From contig JBHLPA010000001.1 in assembly GCA_048939935.1 (NCBI GenBank), positions 1 through 31,077 of the forward strand: a stretch of DNA of 31,077 bases. The letters are read 5' to 3'. A program made the translations under genes and the position numbers. The notes beneath the pieces were generated by a model. The model did not search any database, was not told where the DNA came from, and saw only the letters and a program-made list of their open reading frames with translations. The stretch comes from Promethearchaeota archaeon. GTDB lineage: Archaea > Asgardarchaeota > Thorarchaeia > Thorarchaeales > Thorarchaeaceae. Below are positions 9,462 to 16,855 of the stretch, in pieces; position 1 is the first letter of the stretch; every line of letters starts with the position of its first letter.

Positions 9462-10678
9462 AGGGTGAGGAACTCCCATGGCCAGAGAAGCATCGTCCAA
9501 AGGCACTGGATGGTCTTGTCGGAAACCAAGAATCTATTCAGGCACTTAAAAGCTGGGTTGAATCGTGGCTGTCAAGAATTCCTAAAAAGAGAGCAGCTCT
9601 TCTCATTGGACCACCAGGAACAGGTAAGACTGCATCTGTAGGTGTTCTAGCAAATGAGCTTGACATGGAACTTGTTGAGTTCAATTCGAGTGACAAAAGG
9701 AACAAGGACAGTATTGAAACGTTAGTTTGGCGAGCTGCATCGCAACAGACACTTGATGGTAGACCTAGACTCATTTTGTTAGATGAAGTAGATGGTCTCT
9801 CAGGAACCAGTGATAGAGGTGGTGTTGGTGCAATCTTGAAGGTGATTAAAGATGCACTGCACCCAATAGTAATGACTGCAAATGACCCTGATAGTCCCCG
9901 ATTAAAAGACTTGATGAAAGTGTGCCAAGTCTTTACTTTTGAACTCATAGAGGATGAAGATGTGAAGAAAGTATTGAAACACGTAATGTCTGAAAATGAT
10001 GCAAAAATTTCAGCTGAAACTCTTGAAGAGATTGTTGAAGGGTCTGGTGGAGACCTTCGTGCTGCAATTGCAGATCTTGAGTTTCAGGCACGAAGCGGTT
10101 TTACATCCTCAGTTATTGGACCAGCTGGTAGAGACTCGAAAAAGGGGACAACTGAAACCCTACGACACCTGTTTGCTTCAGTTGACTCGAAGATGGCGAG
10201 AAAAGCTCTATCTGAATCTGAGTTAAATCATGATGAACTAGTCTTGTGGCTCGAAGAAAATCTCCATCTTCATCTTGTATCACCAAAAGAATTGGATGAG
10301 GGATTTGAACAGTTATCGTTGGCAGATGTTTCGCTTGGGAGAATTATGAGGAATCAGAATTGGAAACTTCTCGCATATGTCTATGATTTTTTGGCAATAG
10401 GAGTAGCTATGAGTCGTTCTGAAACGCCTTTTCGTCGTGTTAAATACTCTCAACCTTCTTGGCCACTCCTAGTTTGGCAAGGAAACAGGAAACGGGATAA
10501 ACAATCTGAGATTATAGCTGCTCTGTCAGCGATAACAGATGTTTCGGGAAGTAGGGTTCGGCAAACGCACCTAGATACTATACATGAGATTGTAAGAATC
10601 AATCCGAAGAGTGTGAACAATTTTTCTGCTTGGCTGAAGGTGGAGAGGTCTTCATTGGTTCAAAAAAGTAGTCGATGA
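9458..10678 (+). CDS. rfcL: Replication factor C large subunit
   Basis: PWPEKHRP, GPPGTGKT, EFNSSDKR, LDEVDGL, TAND, GDLRAAI. ATGA overlap with rfcS. Confidence 0.95.
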   Translation: MKGEELPWPEKHRPKALDGLVGNQESIQALKSWVESWLSRIPKKRAALLIGPPGTGKTASVGVLANELDMELVEFNSSDKRNKDSIETLVWRAASQQTLDGRPRLILLDEVDGLSGTSDRGGVGAILKVIKDALHPIVMTANDPDSPRLKDLMKVCQVFTFELIEDEDVKKVLKHVMSENDAKISAETLEEIVEGSGGDLRAAIADLEFQARSGFTSSVIGPAGRDSKKGTTETLRHLFASVDSKMARKALSESELNHDELVLWLEENLHLHLVSPKELDEGFEQLSLADVSLGRIMRNQNWKLLAYVYDFLAIGVAMSRSETPFRRVKYSQPSWPLLVWQGNRKRDKQSEIIAALSAITDVSGSRVRQTHLDTIHEIVRINPKSVNNFSAWLKVERSSLVQKSSR

Positions 10679-11474
10679 GATTGTTTATTGTTCTTAATGA
10701 ATGTCTATATTGTTCAAATTGATCATTTAGCTTATTTTGAATAATCCGAATTGCATACTTACTTTTCTTCATCCTTATTGGAATAACTGTTTCAATAAGC
10801 ACAAGATTCTCCGGGGGAGCCGGTTGGATACCACTTGAAAGAACATTCCTTCCTTGGAGAATATCACTGATTAGTTCAGATTTGATTCGTTCACGTCCAA
10901 TTTCGGTAAGCAATGTGACCATTTTACGAACAAGTTTCCAAAGAAATCTAGTCCCGAAGATATCTAGATAGATTGTGTCGTTATAATTATGAATTGATAT
11001 ATTCAGAAGTGTCGTTGTATTGGTAGTGTTTCGACCAGTATCAGGCTTTGATATTAGACTAAAATCCTTAGATCCTATCAAAAGAGGGATTGCTTGTTTA
11101 ACAGCATTGATGTTCAGGTTTGTCCAAGATTCATCGAGATAATATCGATAATGCCTCATTAGCACATCATAACGAGGAACGAATGTGGGTGGTGATTCTG
11201 CATAAGCCCATAATATGATGTCATCTGGGAGATAACGATTGATTTTATCAATACTGAATTGAAAATCTGTGGTAATCATAACCAGTTGGCCTATACTGTG
11301 AACACCTTTGTCTGTTCTACCAGATAGCTGGACTGTTTGAGTGGAGTGGGGTTCACCACTCCATTTTGAGAGAGCTTTAATCAGCTCGCCTTGTACTGTG
11401 ATTAAACTCGGTTGGTATTGGGATCCGTGATAGTGGTCCCCAAGATAGAATAAGCGAGCGAGATAGCCTGTCAT
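10599..11474 (-). CDS. truA: tRNA pseudouridine(38-40) synthase TruA
   Basis: YxGxxYHGSQYQP...TVQGEL, catalytic GRTDKGVHS, RHYRY, FLWKLVRKMV, APPENL. Confidence 0.93.
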   Translation of the reverse strand: MTGYLARLFYLGDHYHGSQYQPSLITVQGELIKALSKWSGEPHSTQTVQLSGRTDKGVHSIGQLVMITTDFQFSIDKINRYLPDDIILWAYAESPPTFVPRYDVLMRHYRYYLDESWTNLNINAVKQAIPLLIGSKDFSLISKPDTGRNTTNTTTLLNISIHNYNDTIYLDIFGTRFLWKLVRKMVTLLTEIGRERIKSELISDILQGRNVLSSGIQPAPPENLVLIETVIPIRMKKSKYAIRIIQNKLNDQFEQYRHSLRTINNLIDYFFEPMKTSPPSAKQKNCSHSSD

Positions 11475-11489
11475 GTCATGAAAACCTCA

Positions 11490-11774
11490 TCATGACTCCC
11501 AGAGATTGAATAGACTTCTTAGTGAGCGAGCTCTAAGGTCTTCAATCTTATATCGATAAATCTTGATTCTTCCAAACTTTTTTTCTTCTATGAGACCTGA
11601 TTTTAGGAGCACTTCAAGATGGGATTTGGTTGAGCTATGATTAAGATCAACTCTTCTACAGAGCTCTGAGATGTTCAGCTCATTTGATGCAGCAAGTTCC
11701 TTGAGTATCTTTATTCTACCACGTGACGAAAATATGTCCTCAATAGCAACTTTAGGTGAGCTTTCAGCGTCCAT
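11490..11774 (-). CDS. ArsR-like winged helix-turn-helix protein
   Basis: FSSRGRIKIL..L, LNISELCRR..LNHSSTKSHL..L...GLIEE..FGR..IY. Its ATG directly abuts the cdc6 stop codon. Confidence 0.85.
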   Translation of the reverse strand: MDAESSPKVAIEDIFSSRGRIKILKELAASNELNISELCRRVDLNHSSTKSHLEVLLKSGLIEEKKFGRIKIYRYKIEDLRARSLRSLFNLWES

Positions 11775-12992
11775 TTATTTTCTCATAGCCTCCTTTGATG
11801 TGTCAAGTAATCCAGTAAGAAATTGTTCTAACATTTCAGATGGGACATCAGAGAACCCAATAAGAGTGGTTTGACCTCTTTGTCCTGAACCAGATTTCTT
11901 TGTATCTAATATGCCGTGAGAGTGAAGATCTTGCACCCATTCCCAAATTTGTGTATGTGCCCTTGGTTCTTCATAGTACTCCTCACACACTGAACGGTAC
12001 ATTTCTTCAACTTCACCTATTGTGACATAGGCACTACGAATCTCTCGAAGCTGTCGCGCAGCTGCCAACAACAAAAGCTTATGTTGTATGGGCAATGTCA
12101 CAAAGATTTCCTTTCTAAGTTCAGGATGAGTGTCTGCTTTTGCACGACGTACATAATCAGGTATTACGATATCAGCCTGATCACTATCTGCAGCTTTACC
12201 TGCTCGCCAAAGGAGTTCAATCGCATAGCGTGCATCACCATGTTCTGCAGCTATATCACAGATGACTTGGATTGTTTCATCCATCACCGTATTCTTCTCA
12301 AAAGCCATGTCTACACGGTCTCGAAGGATATCTGTTAGAGCTTCATAGTTATATTTTGGAAATCGGAGTATATTACGCTGTAGTGTGCTACGAGTACTAG
12401 AATCGAGGATATCATCATCAAGGGGAATCTCCCTACCTATCCCTATGATTGAAAGTCTTTGAGTTGCATTCAATCTATCATCCATGAGTCTTGTGAGGTC
12501 GTAAAGGATGTCAGCACCTCTTTGTCTGATGAAGTAATCAAGTTCATCGAGAATCAGGAGCAAATATTGATCTTCTTCATCAAGCACCTCAACTAGCATC
12601 TGTAGAAGTTCATCAGGAGAGTGTCCTCTTCTTGGAAACTTTGGTTTGAATTCTCGTAATGCTCGAAGAAATACTAGATATTCAGTTTTGTTTACACGAC
12701 AATTTATGTGAATGCTATGAAGTCGGATATTTCGTCTTTTTGCAGCCTGAATCATTTGCTCAGAAAATCGTTTTGCGACCGCTGTTTTCCCAGTCCCAAC
12801 AGACCCTTCAATGATAAATCTGTGACTTGTTCTTCCTGGTGAACTAATCAGGGTTTTGAAACTTTGAACGAGTTTCCTCATCTCAGATTGTCTATGGGGT
12901 AGATTTTCTGGTACATAGTCGATAGATAGGAACTGTTCAGATTTGAATATACTCCGTCTACTGAGTTCATCTTCAACATAGTCATGAGGCAT
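11775..12992 (-). CDS. cdc6: Orc1/Cdc6 AAA+ protein, Orc1-2/ORC2-like clade
   Basis: YVPENLPHR, Walker A GSVGTGKT, Walker B LDELD, GDARYAIELL. The wHTH segment PRAHTQIWEW...SGSGQRGQTTLI resembles crenarchaeal Orc1-2/ORC2 (clade call from recalled sequences). Confidence 0.95.
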   Translation of the reverse strand: MPHDYVEDELSRRSIFKSEQFLSIDYVPENLPHRQSEMRKLVQSFKTLISSPGRTSHRFIIEGSVGTGKTAVAKRFSEQMIQAAKRRNIRLHSIHINCRVNKTEYLVFLRALREFKPKFPRRGHSPDELLQMLVEVLDEEDQYLLLILDELDYFIRQRGADILYDLTRLMDDRLNATQRLSIIGIGREIPLDDDILDSSTRSTLQRNILRFPKYNYEALTDILRDRVDMAFEKNTVMDETIQVICDIAAEHGDARYAIELLWRAGKAADSDQADIVIPDYVRRAKADTHPELRKEIFVTLPIQHKLLLLAAARQLREIRSAYVTIGEVEEMYRSVCEEYYEEPRAHTQIWEWVQDLHSHGILDTKKSGSGQRGQTTLIGFSDVPSEMLEQFLTGLLDTSKEAMRK

Positions 12993-13022
12993 GGAAGTCC
13001 GAGAGCTATTCCGCTTATGGAC

Positions 13023-13038
13023 CTTAAAAGCATTTGCG
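13023..13038 (-). promoter_or_regulatory. BRE/TATA promoter of cdc6 (CGCAAATG-C-TTTTAAG), probably leaderless
   Basis: TTTTAAG at 13023-13029 lies about 31 nt upstream of the ATG at 12992. The same TTTAAGG word recurs upstream of rfcS (8422), tfb (16754) and the candidate sRNA (13182). Confidence 0.6.
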
Positions 13039-13084
13039 GAGTATACGATTAAATGTATAACAAAAGGGGAGGTTACCGAAAGTA

Positions 13085-13161
13085 ATGGCGAGCTCCTAAC
13101 TCAAGATCCATATCATCGTCATTTCTGACTCATAGGGGTCATAGCAATCATCGCTCGCCAT
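13085..13161 (-). ncRNA. Candidate box C/D-like sRNA with two kink-turns
   Basis: Minus strand reads ATGGCGAGC-GATGATTG-[11 nt]-ATGA-GTCA GAAA TGAC-GATGATAT-[12 nt]-AGGA-GCTCGCCAT. It has a 9-bp terminal stem, an internal GAAA-capped stem and two GAT-bulge/GA.GA motifs. TATA TTTAAG at 13183-13188 is about 25 nt upstream, and a pyrimidine tract CCTCCCCTTTTG follows. Confidence 0.6.
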
Positions 13162-13203
13162 GGACCTATCTGTTTATTCTCCCTTAAACCTGACGAAAAG
13201 CAA

Positions 13204-13280
13204 TGGTGCGACCGCCGGGATTTGAACCCGGCTTGGAAGCTTGGGAGGCTTCCGTCCTAACCAGGCTAGACCACGGTCGC
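13204..13280 (-). tRNA. tRNA-Gly(CCC), intronless, encoded CCA
   Basis: GCGACCG/CGGTCGC acceptor, GAAGC-CT CCC AA-GCTTC anticodon arm (anticodon 13243-13245), CCGGG-TTCAAAT-CCCGG T-arm. Confidence 0.97.
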
Positions 13281-13390
13281 TTTGGAACTCACCAAGTCAA
13301 ATTTGATAAAAGACTATCGGCATTCTGGTACTGCTGCAAGAGTATGCTTATCTTGAACGTGTTGAACAACGAAAACTTGGAGTAGTAGCT

Positions 13391-14521
13391 ATGTCTGCTA
13401 AATATCAAACAATCAAGTTCTGGCAGGGAAACCAAGCTTGTGCAGAAGCCGCGATTGCTGCAGGTTGTAGATTCTTTGCAGGTTATCCCATCACACCAGC
13501 CTCGGAGATTGCAGAGATTATGTCAGCCAAGCTTCCAAAGGTGGGAGGTGTATATCTTCAGATGGAAGATGAAATCGCAGCGATTTCAGCAGTGATTGGT
13601 AGCTCATGGGGTGGTGTTTTATCGATGACTGCGACTTCTGGTCCGGGATTCAGTTTGATGCAAGAGAATGTAGGGTATGCCATTATGACTGAAACTCCTT
13701 GTGTCATAGTCGATGTTCAAAGAGCCGGACCCAGCACCGGACAGGCTACGAAAGCAGCTCAGGGAGACTTCATGCAGACGAGATGGGGAACTCATGGCGA
13801 TCATGAGAGTGTTGTTCTTGCTCCGAACTCAGCTCAGGAAACCTACGAGCTGACATTGAAGTCATTTGAACTCTCTGAGAGATTAAGGCATCCAGTCATT
13901 CTGTTGTCAGATGAGATTGTAGCACACTCAAGGGAAAAAGTCATTGTTGATGAACACAAAGACGTATCTGTGAAGCGACGATACACTGTGAGGGGCGACA
14001 AGCCGTTTGGAGAGGTGGACAAAGAAGGGCATGCACTGATGCCTAGATTTGGTGATGGCCAGAATTTACTCATAACTGGATCAACTCACAATGAGTTGGG
14101 ATTTCGAAAAACTGCTGATCCGGAAGTCCACAATGAGTTAGTTCGGAGATTGTCTAGGAAGATTATGGATGCCCATGATATACTAGAAGATTACGAGATT
14201 TCAGGTCCTGAAACCGCTGCATGGGGCGTTATTTCTTATGGTTCAACATCAAGGTCAATAGAAGAATTGATGGAAACTATTGATGAACCAGCAATCCGAT
14301 CTTTAAGGTTAAGAACTCTATGGCCATTCCCTGATGATGCGATAAGAGAGTTTGCTAAATCAGTTGATAATCTATTGGTTCCTGAGCTTAGTCTTGGCCA
14401 GTTATCAAGAGAAGTAAGCAGAGTTGTAAGTGGGATAGTGGATATTGTTTCCTTGAATAAGATTGGAGGAGGTCGTATGATCGAACCTGAAGAGATATTT
14501 CGCGCAATCAAGAAGTCTTGA
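13391..14521 (+). CDS. korA: 2-oxoacid:ferredoxin oxidoreductase alpha subunit (KorA/VorA-like)
   Basis: GNQACAEAAIAAGCRFFAGYPITPASEI, QMEDEIAA, TATSGPGFSLMQE, VQRAGPSTG, RLRTLWPFP. Confidence 0.92.
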   Translation: MSAKYQTIKFWQGNQACAEAAIAAGCRFFAGYPITPASEIAEIMSAKLPKVGGVYLQMEDEIAAISAVIGSSWGGVLSMTATSGPGFSLMQENVGYAIMTETPCVIVDVQRAGPSTGQATKAAQGDFMQTRWGTHGDHESVVLAPNSAQETYELTLKSFELSERLRHPVILLSDEIVAHSREKVIVDEHKDVSVKRRYTVRGDKPFGEVDKEGHALMPRFGDGQNLLITGSTHNELGFRKTADPEVHNELVRRLSRKIMDAHDILEDYEISGPETAAWGVISYGSTSRSIEELMETIDEPAIRSLRLRTLWPFPDDAIREFAKSVDNLLVPELSLGQLSREVSRVVSGIVDIVSLNKIGGGRMIEPEEIFRAIKKS

Positions 14522-16203
14522 GTTTCTTCAGTAGTTGATGGTATAACTAGTTCGTTCGTATTTGATACTACTATAGAGAGATTCGTTCGCATCCATACTT
14601 TTACCATAGTTGAGTAGTTAGTTGCCAAGTAGTATGGACTATTGATTACAAAAGTGATGTTGTGAAACCCAGGAGAAATCCACATTGGGAGAGAAATGGT
14701 TTGTGTATTATTTACAATGATACTACCAGTGACTGCGAAAGGTGTAGTAATATCATCACAAAATACAGATAGATTGACTGAAGAAACAGATTGATTGTTA
14801 TCATCTAGAAGTGTTAGATTGAAGTCTAGTGATTCTCCATAATATGAAGTGTCAATGTCCACATCGGTATTTATTATTCCAATGACTGTGAGATTGATTT
14901 TTGGAGTTATTGGAAATTTGTAGTATTCGCTAACCGGGAAAAGATTCACAATATGTTGTCCTATGGATATGTTGTGCCAGATGGGAATTACCATGGAACT
15001 TGAGTCATTGATTTGAACATCAATAACATGTGAGAATTGTAATGATTCATCTATGAATCGTAATTGTATTGATTGATTCCAATCGAGGTATGAATCAATG
15101 GAAAAATCAATTGTAGCATTACTCCCTCTTGTTGCATCCATAGAGGAGGAAGTAGCTGAGAAAACCAGAGAATTTGCTAGTACGTTCACAATGACTGATG
15201 TTTCAGCAGCTTGGTATTGTGAGTTGGTTGCAGTAATATTGATTTGATATGTTCCAGGACTTGTATTGAAAGGAACTGTGTTTGAATATTGTCCATTTCC
15301 CAGATTTGTAAATGTCCCTGAACCGAAGCTTGATGTCCAATAAACACTACTATCATCTATAGGACTTGAAAATATGTCCCTGTGTTCTACTGTTATTTCA
15401 GCCTGTTCAATGTAGCTAGCATCAGGCGATTGACAAAAGACTGATCCAGGCGACGAAACTATGGACAGGCTTGATGACGCAGGAAGAACCATGACTTCAA
15501 ACGAATTTGCGAAAGAAAGGAAGTCTTCATTTCCATCGCTGGAAACAGTGAGATTGTATACACCGGGAGGACCAAGTGTTTCACTCCAGTTAAGATAGGC
15601 TATTCCTTCTGAAGTTGTTGTTTTGTTGGTTTCTAAAACTGTTTGTGAGTTTGAGTCTTCAACATGGAGAACAATTGATTCATTCGAATAGACAACATTG
15701 TTGTTGTGGATACTAGCAATCTTCAGTGGGATGGATGTGTTTAACCCATATTCTACTGAGAGTGAAGTCAGTGGGATTGTGATGAGATGCCCCCTATTGA
15801 TTGTGACTTCGATATTGTCACCTGCACTTTGAGAAACCGTGTCGAATATTTCAACAGAAAACAGAGCAAATGCCTGTACTCCAGAAGTCCCAGGTGAGGT
15901 ATGCTCTGGCAAGATTGTATATGATGAGTTCAAGTAACGGACCAATGGAGAAGGGGAGATGAAATATTCATCTGCATAAGAAGGACCAAGATCTGTTACA
16001 ACTGCAAATGAAACATAGCACCATCCATCGTTGCTGAAATCAGCAATGAGTTTTGTCACCATACCAATCGTTTCCCCAACTTCGTAAACCAGTTTGTCTG
16101 TTTCAAAGTACTGAAAATCAAAATAGAAAGCTGAAACTGGGATGGCAATGCATGCGATACAGATTAGTGATATGGGGAGTAGTGCTTTTACTTTTCGATT
16201 CAC
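14236..16203 (-). CDS. Exported beta-rich (Ig-like repeat) surface protein of unknown function
   Basis: Probable GTG start at 16203 (the ORF track extends to 16251). Signal-peptide-like NRKVKALLPISLICIACIAIPVSA, then Ser/Thr/Asn-rich beta repeats (PGVYNLTVS, PGTYQINIT, PGFHNITF). No C-terminal TM. The 3' end overlaps korA by 286 bp. Confidence 0.72.
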   Translation of the reverse strand: MNRKVKALLPISLICIACIAIPVSAFYFDFQYFETDKLVYEVGETIGMVTKLIADFSNDGWCYVSFAVVTDLGPSYADEYFISPSPLVRYLNSSYTILPEHTSPGTSGVQAFALFSVEIFDTVSQSAGDNIEVTINRGHLITIPLTSLSVEYGLNTSIPLKIASIHNNNVVYSNESIVLHVEDSNSQTVLETNKTTTSEGIAYLNWSETLGPPGVYNLTVSSDGNEDFLSFANSFEVMVLPASSSLSIVSSPGSVFCQSPDASYIEQAEITVEHRDIFSSPIDDSSVYWTSSFGSGTFTNLGNGQYSNTVPFNTSPGTYQINITATNSQYQAAETSVIVNVLANSLVFSATSSSMDATRGSNATIDFSIDSYLDWNQSIQLRFIDESLQFSHVIDVQINDSSSMVIPIWHNISIGQHIVNLFPVSEYYKFPITPKINLTVIGIINTDVDIDTSYYGESLDFNLTLLDDNNQSVSSVNLSVFCDDITTPFAVTGSIIVNNTQTISLPMWISPGFHNITFVINSPYYLATNYSTMVKVWMRTNLSIVVSNTNELVIPSTTEETQDFLIARNISSGSIIRPPPILFKETISTIPLTTLLTSLDNWPRLSSGTNRLSTDLANSLIASSGNGHRVLNLKDRIAGSSIVSINSSIDLDVEP

Positions 16204-16325
16204 CTTTCTACACCAGAAACCTGTCTTTTCTATTCCTAAAAAACAGCACATGGGTTCAACGGTAGGTTTAATTCACAGTGACATGCCATCAACCACAGAC
16301 TGTACATGGTATAGGTGTATCATCG

Positions 16326-16691
16326 ATGGTAATTCGGCTAAAAACTGCTGTCATTAATTCTGTTGAGGAAACTGAAACTAGAAGATTGAAACTGTTAAAG
16401 GTGTCTGCCAAAAAAGATGGTGCAACGCTTACATTGGAATTGCCTGATGCATTATGTGACGCGTTGAATACTAATGATTCTATCACTGTAGTTGTTGATT
16501 CAAAGCCAATTGCGAAAGGTGAACAAGCCAAACTCTATGTTGAAAGTGGTGTTTTCAAGAAACTTGAGAAGAATGGTTTAGAAGTGATTGGATCAGTGGG
16601 AGGACTACGCTTGGTATTCACACTAACAAGGCCTACTCCAAGTCAAAGCAAGATTTTCGACTCTGAGAAGTTCTTTTTGGCAATTATGTGA
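16326..16691 (+). CDS. rpo8: RNA polymerase subunit Rpo8 (RpoG, RPB8 orthologue)
   Basis: About 121 aa, OB-fold-like, with C-terminal GSVGGLRL matching the RPB8/Rpo8 S(F/I)GGLL signature. ATG at 16326 follows a GGTG SD-like word. It is next to a TFB paralogue. Confidence 0.68.
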   Translation: MVIRLKTAVINSVEETETRRLKLLKVSAKKDGATLTLELPDALCDALNTNDSITVVVDSKPIAKGEQAKLYVESGVFKKLEKNGLEVIGSVGGLRLVFTLTRPTPSQSKIFDSEKFFLAIM

Positions 16692-16797
16692 ATAAGTATA
16701 CAAATATGATTACTTTCGGTCATCTCTCATTCTGACTGGACTGGTAATGCCTGTTTAAGGTGCGTAAGAGTCCATTTGAATAGATTAGTTTTCTCTG

Positions 16798-16849
16798 TGA
16801 GTGTATAACAAGTATCTGAAACTTAGTTAGGAATGATTGTATACACTCA
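16798..16849. repeat. 10-bp perfect inverted repeat TGAGTGTATA/TATACACTCA (32-bp spacer) in the tfb leader
   Basis: Arms at 16798-16807 and 16840-16849, extendable to 13 bp with one bulge. It ends 6 nt before the GTG and lies downstream of TATA TTTAAG (16754-16759). Confidence 0.75.
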
Positions 16850-16855
16850 TAATGG

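Noticed and set aside
10599-10678. 80-bp convergent overlap of rfcL and truA
   Set aside because: Both overlapping tails are low-complexity non-conserved ends. Short convergent overlaps are common in compact archaeal genomes.
5576-12992. Inteins in MCM, RFC or Cdc6
   Set aside because: Protein lengths are normal and the motifs are contiguous, with no C/S...HN insertions.
13096-13161. 21-codon leaderless peptide MASDDCYDPYESEMTMIWILS (minus strand)
   Set aside because: It is possible given the TATA spacing, but the terminal stem extends past the stop and the paired K-turn motifs fit an RNA better. Kept only as an alternative.
12993-13203. Replication origin (ORB/DUE) upstream of cdc6
   Set aside because: Only an isolated G-string (CAAAAGGGGAGG) is present, with no TTCCAxTGGAAA core and no repeated ORBs. 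The space is better explained by the cdc6 promoter and the candidate sRNA.
16706-16780. Second box C/D sRNA (ATGATTA ... CTGA) after rpo8
   Set aside because: No convincing C'/D pair or terminal stem, and the region overlaps the tfb promoter motifs.
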